A stretch of 64,000 nt of DNA from Pseudomonadota bacterium (lineage in GTDB: Bacteria; Pseudomonadota; Gammaproteobacteria; Burkholderiales; Ferrovaceae), in contig JAGWIJ010000004.1 in the NCBI GenBank assembly GCA_028873535.1, forward strand, positions 313 through 64,312, written 5' to 3'. Both the position numbers and the translations under genes were made by a program. This document shows positions 8,512 through 21,109 of the stretch, in pieces. A model generated the notes under the pieces. The model was not told the origin of the DNA. It did no database searches and saw nothing but the letters and a program-made list of their open reading frames with translations. Each line of letters opens with the position of its first letter. The first letter of the stretch is position 1.

Positions 8512-10566
8512 ATGCCTGCCGTCGTGCCGTTCTTGCGCGTGTTGCCGCAGCGCCAACGCAGCACGCCGCTGCTGCCGCAGTGGGCGCTGTGCGGCTGCCT
8601 GCTGCTGGCCGCCGTGATGCTGCGGCCGGCACCGGCGCTGGCGGCGTCCGCCAGCGAGAGCGCCGCTGCCATCCAGGCGGCGGTGGCGCGCTCGGCCCAG
8701 GCACCGGGTACGCCGCCGGCTGCGGTGGCGGCAGCGCCTGGCGCGACGGGTCTGGCGGTGGCCGAAGCAGCGCCGTTGACGGCGGCCGACCGTGCACGTT
8801 ATCTGGCGCAAGGTCGACGCCTGTACCGCGACGGCGTGCGCCACGACGGCTCGCAGGTGCAGGCCTCACGCGTCGGTGCCGCTGCCGGTCAGTGGCAGGC
8901 GCCGGCCTGCGTGAGCTGCCACCGGCCCAGCGGCATGGGCACGGTGGAAGGCAACATCCAGGTGCCGCCGATCAACGGCCGCGCCCTGTTCGCGGGCGAA
9001 CGTCTGCGCGAGCGCGTGATCGTCTCGCTTGATCCGCGCCGTGGCCGCCTGTTCAATCCTTCGCACGCTCCCTACGATGCGGCCTCGCTGCTGCAGGCGG
9101 TGGCGGCCGGCGTGCATGTCAGTGGCCGCGCCATGAATGCGCTGATGCCGCGCTACGCCGTGGATCGAGAAGACATCCAGGGCTTGATGATCTATCTGTC
9201 GACCCTGTCCGACGCCGACGCGCCTGGCGACCGCGACGGTCACCTGCGCTTTGCCACCGTGATCACGCCCGAGGTGACGCCGGAGCGGCGCGCGATCTTC
9301 CTGGAGAATCTGCGCGCGGCCTTCGACCAGAAGGAAGGCGGTACGCTGCCCGGCAAGCGCCACATGGCGAGCGCCGCCGAGATGATCTATCGCACCGAAC
9401 GCCACTGGGACCTGGACGAATGGCAGTTGTCGGGGCCGGCGTCGGAATGGATGGCGCAGATGGATGCGCTGTACGCACGCCAGGCAGTGTTCGCGCTGGT
9501 GTCCGGGCTGGGCGAGGGCGAGTGGTCGCCGGTCCAGGCCTGGTGCGAGGCCCGCCAGGTGCCGTGCTGGTTTCCCAGCGTCACGGCGCCGCCGCCGGCC
9601 GGCGACACTTTCTATTCGCTCTATTTCTCGCGCGGCGTGCTGCTCGAAGCCGACGTGATGGCCACGACGATCGGGCACTGCGCCGCGGGCAGCCGGGTGG
9701 TGCAGTGGGTGGCCGACGATGCTGCGGCACGCGCGGCGGCGGCGCGCCTGGCCGCTGACCTGGCGGCCTCGGACTGTCAGGTGGTCGCGCAGGACGAGCC
9801 GGGTGCCGACGACATCCTGGTGCTGTGGCAGCGCGCCGATGGGCTGGCGGCGCTGGGGGCGCCACCTGCGGCGCGGCGGATCCTGGCCTCCGGCCAGCTC
9901 GCCGGCGACGAGCGCGCGCCCCTGCCGGCGGCCTGGCGGCCGCGCACCGAACTCGTGGTGACGCGCGAACTGCCGGCGCGTCGTGGTCAGAATCTGGCCA
10001 CCTTGCACTCCTGGCTGGCGATCCGTGGGCTGGCGCTGCGCGACGAGGCGCTGCAGTCCGAGGTTTTTTTCGCCTTCAACTATCTGCAGAACACCCTGAC
10101 CGACATGCTGGACAACGTGTATCGCGATTTCCTGGTCGAGCGTGGCGAGTCGATGCTCAACCGTCGCGAAGCGCAGCGTGCCGAGGAAGAGACCATCACG
10201 CGCATGCAGGGCCATCCGCCGGCGCCCAGCGTGGCGGCGGCCTCACGGCTGGCGCCGGGCGCGATCTTCGGCGCCGATCCGGATGGGCCGCTGGCCCAGC
10301 GCAACACGCCGGCCTACCTGTCACGCAGCGGCACCACCATCTATCCGCATCTGGGATTGGCGCCCGGCCAGCGCTTCGCCTCGCGCGGCGCCTATCTGGT
10401 CAGGCTGTCAGCCGCGGGCGCTGCCGACCCGGTGATGCAAGCCAGCGCCTGGATCGTGCCGGACATTGTCGGCAGCGAAATCGCGGGCCGTCTCGCCGCT
10501 GCTGCACCGGCTGCGGATGCGCTTTCTTCACACCACCCCATCGGAGTTGCTGCCCATGCGCCGTGA
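8512..10566 (+). CDS. Secreted mono-haem cytochrome c domain fused to a large (~500 aa) uncharacterised domain (MofC-like position)
   Basis: A single CxxCH haem-binding motif (ACVSCHRPSGMG) lies in a typical context (GRRLYRDG...). The N-terminus is hydrophobic with ALA|AS. The rest is unassigned and may be periplasmic-binding-protein-like. The gene starts 11 nt after the FKBP stop. Confidence 0.6.
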   Translation: MPAVVPFLRVLPQRQRSTPLLPQWALCGCLLLAAVMLRPAPALAASASESAAAIQAAVARSAQAPGTPPAAVAAAPGATGLAVAEAAPLTAADRARYLAQGRRLYRDGVRHDGSQVQASRVGAAAGQWQAPACVSCHRPSGMGTVEGNIQVPPINGRALFAGERLRERVIVSLDPRRGRLFNPSHAPYDAASLLQAVAAGVHVSGRAMNALMPRYAVDREDIQGLMIYLSTLSDADAPGDRDGHLRFATVITPEVTPERRAIFLENLRAAFDQKEGGTLPGKRHMASAAEMIYRTERHWDLDEWQLSGPASEWMAQMDALYARQAVFALVSGLGEGEWSPVQAWCEARQVPCWFPSVTAPPPAGDTFYSLYFSRGVLLEADVMATTIGHCAAGSRVVQWVADDAAARAAAARLAADLAASDCQVVAQDEPGADDILVLWQRADGLAALGAPPAARRILASGQLAGDERAPLPAAWRPRTELVVTRELPARRGQNLATLHSWLAIRGLALRDEALQSEVFFAFNYLQNTLTDMLDNVYRDFLVERGESMLNRREAQRAEEETITRMQGHPPAPSVAAASRLAPGAIFGADPDGPLAQRNTPAYLSRSGTTIYPHLGLAPGQRFASRGAYLVRLSAAGAADPVMQASAWIVPDIVGSEIAGRLAAAAPAADALSSHHPIGVAAHAP

Positions 10567-11122
10567 ACACATCGCCATTGCCCTGCTGGGCGTGCCCCTG
10601 TTGCTGTCCAGCCTGCCTGGCCAGGCGGCCAGCGTGTATGCCTGTCCGGGACCCGATGGTTCGACAGTGGTCAGCGATACCGCCAGCAGCAGCGCCTGCG
10701 AACTGATCGGCGACGACGGTCGCGCCGCTGCGCCCGCAGTCCCGGCCCCGAGCGCCATCGCGATGCCGGGCGCTGCTGCCGCCGAGGGTGCCGGTGTGCC
10801 GCACGCCGGCGATGCTCAGGCGGCCGCGACGCCGGCCGCAGGTGCCGGCCGCGCGCCGGAGGCCGGCGACCGGCCGCCGGCCGCAGCGCTGGTGGTCCCG
10901 GCGGTGGCGGTGACGCCACGTTCGGGTGCCCCGGCGGCGGCGCGCAGCGACGTGGTGGTGGCTCCCGAGGCCGCGCCGCAGCGCAGCGAATACGGCAGCA
11001 TGATGCGCTCGGACACTGATCTGGCGGGCAACCCGCTGCCGTCCGGTCCGACCTCGGCGCAGGGGCGCCGCTACAAGATGATCGATCGCGCCACCTACCA
11101 GCAGGCCGTCGAAGGCAACTGA
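10556..11122 (+). CDS. Small secreted protein, DUF4124-like N-terminus, Ala/Pro-rich linker, conserved C-terminal RRYKMxDRAxY motif (paralog A)
   Basis: ATG at 10556 overlaps the upstream stop by 11 nt. Signal peptide MRREHIAIALLGVPLLLSSLPGQAAS, then VYACPGPDGSTVVSD. The C-terminus is YGSMMRSDTDLAGNPLPSGP..GRRYKMIDRATY. Confidence 0.6.
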   Translation: MRREHIAIALLGVPLLLSSLPGQAASVYACPGPDGSTVVSDTASSSACELIGDDGRAAAPAVPAPSAIAMPGAAAAEGAGVPHAGDAQAAATPAAGAGRAPEAGDRPPAAALVVPAVAVTPRSGAPAAARSDVVVAPEAAPQRSEYGSMMRSDTDLAGNPLPSGPTSAQGRRYKMIDRATYQQAVEGN

Positions 11123-11248
11123 ACGCCGCCGTGGCGGCGGCGCGCCGGCGCGTCCGCCTCAAGTCGGGCCGCCGGCTGCCGTTGTCGTATCCAGGGGCAG
11201 TCCGCTTGGGGGCTGTCCGAGCGATGACCTTCGACTGGAGACGACCCG

Positions 11249-11656
11249 ATGAAACTCCGCAATGCAGTCCTGCTGACCGTGCTGGCGACCGCACTCAGCG
11301 ATGGCGCCTGGGCTGGCGTCTATGCCTGTAGCGATGCCCTGGGCAACACCACCCTTGCCGATACGCCGGTGTCCGGCATGCCTTGCGACAAGCTTGGCGA
11401 CGACGATCCTGGCGCAGCGCCCGGCGCGCCGGCAGCGCAGCCGGCGCCGGAAGTGGCGGCCGCCGTGCTGACGCCCAAACCGCAACCGAAGCCAGCCCCG
11501 GCTGCGCTGCCCCCGGCGGCGGACTACGCCGTCATGATGCGCACCGACTCCGACCTGGAGGGAAACCCCCTGCCGGGCGGTCCTTTGCAGGCGCGCGGCC
11601 GCCGCTACAAGATGCTGGACCGTGCGAGCTACATGGCGCAGAACGGCATTCAGTAG
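11249..11656 (+). CDS. Small secreted protein, paralog B of the preceding gene
   Basis: Signal peptide MKLRNAVLLTVLATALSDGAWAG, then VYACSDALGNTTLADTP. The C-terminus is YAVMMRTDSDLEGNPLPGGP..GRRYKMLDRASY. GGAGA lies upstream of the ATG. Confidence 0.6.
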   Translation: MKLRNAVLLTVLATALSDGAWAGVYACSDALGNTTLADTPVSGMPCDKLGDDDPGAAPGAPAAQPAPEVAAAVLTPKPQPKPAPAALPPAADYAVMMRTDSDLEGNPLPGGPLQARGRRYKMLDRASYMAQNGIQ

Positions 11657-11941
11657 GTGCTGTGCCGGCGGTGCTGTGACGGAGTGCAGCGCTGCCGACG
11701 ATCTGGACAGTGTCCAGTTCCGCCCGCGGGTTACACGCAGTTTCAGTCGGCCGCACCCAAACCCGCAGCCTGCCTTTATACTGCCTGCAGAGGGCGTCGA
11801 CGCCCCGATAACAACAGGATCCGTGCGCGCTTTCGATGGATCGGCGGATCCGAAAAAAATCAGCAGGGACGCGTTTGTCCCCCCGGGCCATCCCCGGGGC
11901 AGGTAAGCCATTACAGACTGCAGGCAGGAGAGGAACACACC

Positions 11942-13903
<1,962 letters not shown>

Positions 13904-13914
13904 TGTGCACGGCA

Positions 13915-13938
13915 GGGGCGGCAGGTGACAGCCGCCCC
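13915..13938 (+). terminator. Hairpin after acs (no clear T-tract)
   Basis: GGGGCGGC-aggtgaca-GCCGCCCC lies 12 nt after the acs stop. Confidence 0.3.
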
Positions 13939-13961
13939 CGTGCCGGGGCACACTGCGCCCC

Positions 13962-15038
13962 TTGAAGCTCCTCTACCGCTACATTGCCCGCGAAGTTCTG
14001 CAGGGTTTCGGTCTGGTGTTCTGCGGCCTGGTGCTGCTGTTCGCCTTCTTCGACCTCATCCACGAACTGTCCGACCTGGGGCGCGGCCACTACACTGTCG
14101 GCCGCATGTTCATCTTCGTGCTGCTGGAGATGCCGGCGCACGCCTATGACGTGTTCCCGATCTCGGCGCTGATCGGCACGCTGTACGGGCTCTCCAACCT
14201 GTCCCTGCATTCCGAGATCACGGCCATGCGCGCGGCCGGCCTGTCGCGCTTCAACCTCGGCATGGCACTCATGCGCGTGGGTGCGCTGCTGGTGGCGGCA
14301 AGCTTCCTGCTCGGCGAACTGGTGATGCCGATCAGCGAAAGCGAGGCCCAGCAGTGGCGCCTGTCGGCGCTCAACTCCCTGGTGGCCACGCAGTTCCGTT
14401 CCGGACTGTGGGTCAAGGACGAACGCAGCTTCGTCAACATCGAGGAGATCCTGCCCGATACCACGCTGCGCGGCGTGCGCATCTACACCTTCGACGGCAA
14501 GTCGCGCCTGAGTTCGATCCGCTTTGCCGACGCCGGCGAATACGCTGGCGAAGAAGGCTGGCGCCTGCGCCAGGTGGTCGAGACGCGTTTCCTGGGCGAG
14601 GGCACGGCCTTGCAGCGGCTGCCCGAGCAGCTGTGGCACTCGGTGCTGACGCCGCGCATCCTGTCGGTGCTGCTGGTCGAACCCGAGCAGATGTCGCTGT
14701 GGAACCTGTCGACCTATGTGCAGCACCTGCGCGAGAACCGCCAGAAGACCACGCGCTTCGAGATCGCGCAGTGGAGCAAGGCCCTTTACCCGCTCAGCAT
14801 CCTGGTCATGATGTGGCTGGCGATGCCGTTCGCGATGCACCGCGCGCGTTCCGGCGGCCTGGGGCGTCAGATCATGCTGGGCATCGGGCTGGGGCTGACC
14901 TTCTACCTCACCACGCGCCTGTTCAGCTATGTGGGCCAGCTCTACGACTGGAGCCCCCTGATCAGCACCCTGGCGCCGAATGTGGTGTTCCTGATGCTGT
15001 CGCAGGCTCTGGGCCGCTGGCTGGAGTCGCGCCAGTAG
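13962..15038 (+). CDS. lptG: LPS export ABC permease LptG
   Basis: YjgP/YjgQ family. DLIHELSDLGRGHY, GLWVKDERSFVNIEE and QWSKALYPLSILVMMWLAMPF match LptG rather than LptF. The only in-frame start is TTG at 13962. Confidence 0.8.
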   Translation: MKLLYRYIAREVLQGFGLVFCGLVLLFAFFDLIHELSDLGRGHYTVGRMFIFVLLEMPAHAYDVFPISALIGTLYGLSNLSLHSEITAMRAAGLSRFNLGMALMRVGALLVAASFLLGELVMPISESEAQQWRLSALNSLVATQFRSGLWVKDERSFVNIEEILPDTTLRGVRIYTFDGKSRLSSIRFADAGEYAGEEGWRLRQVVETRFLGEGTALQRLPEQLWHSVLTPRILSVLLVEPEQMSLWNLSTYVQHLRENRQKTTRFEIAQWSKALYPLSILVMMWLAMPFAMHRARSGGLGRQIMLGIGLGLTFYLTTRLFSYVGQLYDWSPLISTLAPNVVFLMLSQALGRWLESRQ

Positions 15039-15069
15039 TACCCCGGCCGGCGGGCTGGCCGGGCCTGGC

Positions 15070-15573
15070 CTAGCCGAGATCGACGATGCGCGTGTGCAGG
15101 ATGCGGTCGTGCAGGAACTGGCGATCGCGGTCGAACAGCGCCCACAGGAAGTGCGCGCCCAGCAAGCCGAAGCCGGCCCAGACCAGCACCATGCGCAGCA
15201 GGGCCTGGTCGATCGCCAGCGGACGTCCGTCGGCGCGGCACAGCCGGATGTGCCAGGTCTTCATGGGCAGGGTCTGGCCGCCGTGCAGCCAGAACCAGAT
15301 GAAGTAGGCGCTGCTCACGGTCATCATCCAGGCGCGCGTGAAACGCCGGAAGTCGTCATCCTGCAGGCCGGCAGCGTGCGCCAGTGGCACCAGCACGAAG
15401 CCGGCCAGCACCAGGGTGCCGACCAGCAGCAGGCCTTCGTAGAGCGCGCACAGCAGGCGCGGCAGCACGCCGGCCGACGGCAGTGCCGCCAGCGCGGCGC
15501 CTGACAGGCTGGTGGGACCCGGCGCGGCTGCCGCGTCGCTGGATGGGCCTTGCGTGCCCTGGCTGGGGGGCAT
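15070..15573 (-). CDS. RDD family membrane protein
   Basis: Contains TM segments and the C-terminal signature ALFDRDRQFLHDRILHTRIV. Its ATG shares one nt with the upstream stop (TGATG). Confidence 0.65.
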   Translation of the reverse strand: MPPSQGTQGPSSDAAAAPGPTSLSGAALAALPSAGVLPRLLCALYEGLLLVGTLVLAGFVLVPLAHAAGLQDDDFRRFTRAWMMTVSSAYFIWFWLHGGQTLPMKTWHIRLCRADGRPLAIDQALLRMVLVWAGFGLLGAHFLWALFDRDRQFLHDRILHTRIVDLG

Positions 15574-16055
15574 CAGTGCGGGACTTCGTCGCGCTCGGCA
15601 CGGCCGCGCGCAGCGGCATCGGCGGCACCGGCTGCAGCGGCATCGGCCGCAGCGGCGCCCTCAGCAGAGGGGGCCGGCGCATCACTGCTGCGCCAGCGCT
15701 GCTTGATCTCGTCGCGCTTTTCCTTGGGCAGGGCGTGAAACTTGCGGTAGGTGGCGCGCGCTTCATCGCGCGAATCGTGCGGCAGGCGCGCCCAGCCCGG
15801 CAGGCGGGCGCGGAAGCGCTGCTGCTCGGCCGGGGTCAGCTGTGGATAGTGCTTGACGGCGTTGAGCAGGCGCTGGCGCTGGTAAGGCGGCATGCGCTCC
15901 CAGTCCGGTGCCAGCGGCGTCAGGATCTGCTTCTGCTCCGGCGACAGCGACTCCCAGCGCAGGCCGCCGTCGGCGGCGCCGGCCGCCTGCGCCGGCACGG
16001 TCGCGCTGCACAGGCAGACGAGCAGGGCCAGGATCAGTGCGAACTGTTGACCCAT
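15573..16055 (-). CDS. DUF3106-like secreted protein
   Basis: Has a signal peptide and repeated W..L.PEQ..L / R...W..LP motifs (WESLSPEQKQIL, LTPAEQQRFRARLPGWARLP, LPKEKRDEIKQRW). The family name is from memory. Confidence 0.55.
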   Translation of the reverse strand: MGQQFALILALLVCLCSATVPAQAAGAADGGLRWESLSPEQKQILTPLAPDWERMPPYQRQRLLNAVKHYPQLTPAEQQRFRARLPGWARLPHDSRDEARATYRKFHALPKEKRDEIKQRWRSSDAPAPSAEGAAAADAAAAGAADAAARGRAERDEVPH

Positions 16056-16429
16056 TCCTTGAAATCCGGGTGGACGAAGGCGTGCAGGGGCAGTTCGCTG
16101 GACAGCATCTTGGCGTCCAGCAAGCCCTGTTCGTCGTCGTCGTCGTTGGCCTGTTGCCAGTAGAAGGCCCCCGCCAGCAGCGCCAGCAGGCTCAGGCCGA
16201 TGAACAGCATGCGCGTATGGTGCGGATGCTCCCCGTCGCCCCCCCCCAGGTGCAGGGCCAGCGTTCCGTTGCGGTGACTTGCCACGGCAGCCGGGCGTTC
16301 CGCGGCGCGCACCTTCCCCAAGGCACGCTGACGCGCCTGCTCCAGGCGATTCAGGGTGATACCATCGATCTGTTGGGTGGCAACGTTGAGCCGGTCCCGG
16401 ATCTTTTCAGAAAATTCCTTCTCATTCAT
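16034..16429 (-). CDS. DUF3619-like membrane protein (probable anti-sigma partner)
   Basis: ATG at 16429 overlaps the sigma-factor stop (ATGA). The N-terminus is MNEKEFSEKIRDRLNVATQQIDGITLNRLEQAR, and one TM segment (MLFIGLSLLALLAGAFYW) is present. Confidence 0.55.
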   Translation of the reverse strand: MNEKEFSEKIRDRLNVATQQIDGITLNRLEQARQRALGKVRAAERPAAVASHRNGTLALHLGGGDGEHPHHTRMLFIGLSLLALLAGAFYWQQANDDDDEQGLLDAKMLSSELPLHAFVHPDFKEWVNSSH

Positions 16430-17085
16430 AGCTTTACCCCCCTCGCGCCAAGCATCCCTGCCAGCGCATGAACCGCGCGCGAACAATGGGTCTTCACACT
16501 CCCTTCGGAGCATCCCATTGCCGCTGCGGTCTCGGCCACATCCATCTCTTCCCAGTAACGCAGCAGGAACGCTTCCCGTTGACGCGCCGGCAATCTTTGC
16601 AGCGCGGCCTCGATTTCGGCCAGAGTCTGCTGCTGGTCGACCTGGGCCTCCGGGTTTTCCAGCGGACGCTCTTCCTGCTGGCTCTGGAGCATTTCCAGCA
16701 CGTCGTGTTCTTCGTCGTCGTCCTTGGTGAAGAACGACGAGAACAGGCGCGTCCAGGTGTTGCGCACCTTGGAGCGGCGGAAATGGTCGTTGGTGGCGTT
16801 CTGCAGGATGCGCTGGAACAGCATGGGCAGTTCTTCTGCCGGCCGGTCAGGGTAGCGCTCGGCGAGCTTGAGCATGGCCTCCTGGACGATATCCAGCGCC
16901 GCGTCCTCGTCACGCACCGCATAGAATGCCTGCTTGTAGGCGCGCCGCTCGACACCGGCGAGAAAGTCCGAGAGTTGCTTGTGGGTAGCCAGTTTCTCTT
17001 CCTTGCTGGGCAGTCTCTGGCCGCCGCCCGCCACGGCCGTTCCGGCCGGGCAGGCGGCGGATTTCCGCCACCTTGACCTGCGCAT
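16426..17085 (-). CDS. ECF-type RNA polymerase sigma-70 family factor
   Basis: Region 2 (DAALDIVQEAMLKLAERY...FQRILQNATNDHFRR) and region 4 (LPARQREAFLLRYWEEMDVAETAAAMGCSEGSVKTHCSRA) are present. The start is uncertain: ATG 17085, or GTG 17031, which would clear the ilvI promoter. Confidence 0.8.
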   Translation of the reverse strand: MRRSRWRKSAACPAGTAVAGGGQRLPSKEEKLATHKQLSDFLAGVERRAYKQAFYAVRDEDAALDIVQEAMLKLAERYPDRPAEELPMLFQRILQNATNDHFRRSKVRNTWTRLFSSFFTKDDDEEHDVLEMLQSQQEERPLENPEAQVDQQQTLAEIEAALQRLPARQREAFLLRYWEEMDVAETAAAMGCSEGSVKTHCSRAVHALAGMLGARGVKL

Positions 17086-17101
17086 GTGCAGGGATTATTG
17101 T
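17073..17101 (+). promoter_or_regulatory. Candidate sigma-70 promoter for ilvIH-ilvC
   Basis: TTGACC (17073-17078), a 17-nt spacer, then TATTGT (17096-17101), about 65 nt upstream of the ilvI ATG. Confidence 0.35.
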
Positions 17102-17167
17102 TTCGGGTTCCCACTCAATTATATACGTGACCCTGCGCGGACTGCGGAGGTCATGCTCAGGGTCACC

Positions 17168-18873
17168 ATGCAACTCTCAGGCGCCGATATCACCCTGCGC
17201 TGTCTGGCAGAGGAAGGTGTTGAGTACATCTTCGGCTATCCAGGCGGCGCCGTCCTCTACATTTACGACGAAATCTTCAAGCAGGACAAGGTCAAGCACA
17301 TCCTGGTGCGCCATGAACAGGCGGCCGTGCACGCTGCCGACGGCTACGCGCGCAGCTCCGGCCGGCCGGGCGTGGCGCTGGTCACCAGCGGCCCCGGCGT
17401 GACCAATGCCGTCACCGGCATTGCCACCGCCTACATGGACTCGATCCCGCTGGTGATCATCAGCGGGCAGGTGCCCACGCGTGCCATCGGCCTGGATGCC
17501 TTCCAGGAAGTCGACACGGTCGGCATCACGCGGCCCTGCGTCAAGCACAACTTCCTGGTCAAGGACGTGGCCGAGCTCGCCACCACCATCAAGAAGGCCT
17601 TCTACGTCGCCACCAGCGGCCGGCCGGGCCCGGTGCTGGTCGACATCCCCAAGGATGTCAGCGCGCAGCTCACCGAGTACAGCTATCCCAAGAGCGTCAC
17701 CATGCGCTCCTACAACCCGGTCACCAAGGGGCACGCCGGCCAGATCAAGAAGGCCGTGCAGATGCTGCTCGAGGCCAGGCGACCGATGATCTATGCCGGT
17801 GGTGGCGTGGTGCTGGGCGAAGCCTCGCCGCAGCTCACCGAGCTGGTGCGCCTGACCGGCTATCCCTGCACCAACACCCTGATGGGCCTGGGCTGCTATC
17901 CCGCCACCGACCGCCAGTTCGTCGGCATGCTGGGCATGCACGGCACCTACGAGGCCAACCTGGCCATGCAGGGCTGCGACGTGCTGCTCGCGGTCGGCGC
18001 GCGTTTCGACGATCGCGTGATCGGCAACCCCGAGCACTTCTACCAGCCTGGCCGCCGCATCATCCACATCGACATCGATCCTTCGTCGATCTCCAAGCGC
18101 GTCAAGGTGGACGTGCCCATCGTGGGCAACATCGCCGATGTCGTCGACGAGATGCTGCGCCAACTGCGCGCCAGCGAAGCGCGGCCCGACGCCGCAGCGC
18201 TGGCGGCGTGGTGGGCGCAGATCGAGGAATGGCGCAAGCGCGACTGCCTGCGCTACGACCGCAGCAGCGAACTGATCAAGCCGCAGTCGGTGGTCGAGGC
18301 GCTGTACCGGGTCACCAACGGCGATGCCATCATCACCTCGGACGTGGGCCAGCACCAGATGTGGGCAGCGCAGTACTACAAGTTCGACAAGCCCCGTCGC
18401 TGGCTGAACTCCGGTGGCCTCGGCACCATGGGCTTCGGCCTGCCGGCGGCGATGGGCGCGCAGTTCGCCTTCCGCGATGCCACGGTGGCCTGCGTCACGG
18501 GCGAAGCGAGCATCCAGATGTGCATCCAGGAGCTCTCCACCTGCAAGCAGTACCACCTGCCGGTGAAGATCGTGAACCTCAACAACCGCTATCTGGGCAT
18601 GGTGCGCCAGTGGCAGGAACTGCAGCACGGCAACCGCTACTCCGAGTCCTACATGGAGGCCCTGCCGGACTTCGTCAAGCTGGCCGAGGCCTACGGGCAC
18701 GTGGGCATGCGCATCGAGCGCCCGGCCGACGTCGAGGGCGCGCTGCGCGAAGCATTTGCCCTCAAGGACCGAACCGTGTTCCTCGATTTCATGACCGACC
18801 AGGCCGAGAACGTCTTCCCGATGGTGCCGGGCGGCAAGGGACTCACCGAGATGATCCTCGGATCGGAGGACCT

Positions 18874-18877
<4 letters not shown>
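17168..18877 (+). CDS. ilvI: Acetolactate synthase large subunit
   Basis: The N-terminus MQLSGADITLRCLAEEGVEYIFGYPGGAVLYIYDE and the ThDP motif GGLGTMGFGLPAAMGA are present. An alternative in-frame ATG lies at 17153. Confidence 0.93.
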
Positions 18878-20444
<1,567 letters not shown>

Positions 20445-20445
20445 G

Positions 20446-21096
20446 TTGTCGCGCGCCCTCTACCCCCACCCCTTGATTGCCCGCGAGGGGTGGCCTTACC
20501 TGAGCGGGATCACCGGTGCTGCATTGCTGGTGACCCTGATGAACGGCGTGGCATGGGCGATTCCGCTGTGGATCGCCGCGCTGTTCGTGCTGCAGTTCTT
20601 CCGCGACCCGGCACGTGCCGTCACCGCCGCCCCCAACGCGGTGGTGTCGCCGGCCGATGGCCGCATCGTCGCGGTGATGCCGGTCACCGACCCCTGGCTG
20701 CAGCGGCCGGCGGTCAAGATCAGCGTGTTCATGAACGTGTTCAACGTGCACTCGAATCGCAGCCCGGTCGACGGCGAGGTGCTGGCGGTGCACTATCATC
20801 CCGGCAGCTTCGTCAACGCCGATCTCGACAAGGCCTCCGAGCACAACGAGCGCAATGCCGTGTGCCTGCGCACCACCAGCGGGCACGAGATCAGCTGCGT
20901 GCAGGTGGCCGGCCTGATCGCGCGGCGCATCCTGTGCTACGTGCAGCCGGGCAGCGTGCTGGTGCGCGGGCAGCGCTACGGCTTCATCCGCTTCGGTTCG
21001 CGTGTCGACGTCTACCTGCCGCCGGGTGCGCACGTGCGCGTGGCGATCGGCGACAAGGTGAGCGCCGCGCTCAGCGTGCTTGCCGAACTTTCCTGA
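20446..21096 (+). CDS. psd: Phosphatidylserine decarboxylase family protein (short type)
   Basis: [13 protein letters not shown] is at the N-terminus and the self-cleavage region is [13 protein letters not shown]. The start is TTG, 1 nt after the ilvC stop. Confidence 0.8.
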   Translation: MSRALYPHPLIAREGWPYLSGITGAALLVTLMNGVAWAIPLWIAALFVLQFFRDPARAVTAAPNAVVSPADGRIVAVMPVTDPWLQRPAVKISVFMNVFNVHSNRSPVDGEVLAVHYHPGSFVNADLDKASEHNERNAVCLRTTSGHEISCVQVAGLIARRILCYVQPGSVLVRGQRYGFIRFGSRVDVYLPPGAHVRVAIGDKVSAALSVLAELS

Positions 21097-21109
21097 CCCG
21101 GAGGGCGCA

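Noticed and set aside
11702-11716. A perfect palindrome CTGGACAgTGTCCAG and a GGATCCG...CGGATCC inverted repeat in the 285-nt spacer upstream of acs, possibly a riboswitch or regulator site.
   Set aside because: I cannot match either to a known motif. There is no T-tract for a terminator. As single occurrences they cannot be evaluated without comparative data.
17153-17167. An alternative upstream ATG for ilvI (MLRVT-MQLSG...).
   Set aside because: GGAGG sits only 2 nt before it. Homolog N-termini align with the 17168 start. I keep it as an alternative, not as a separate feature.
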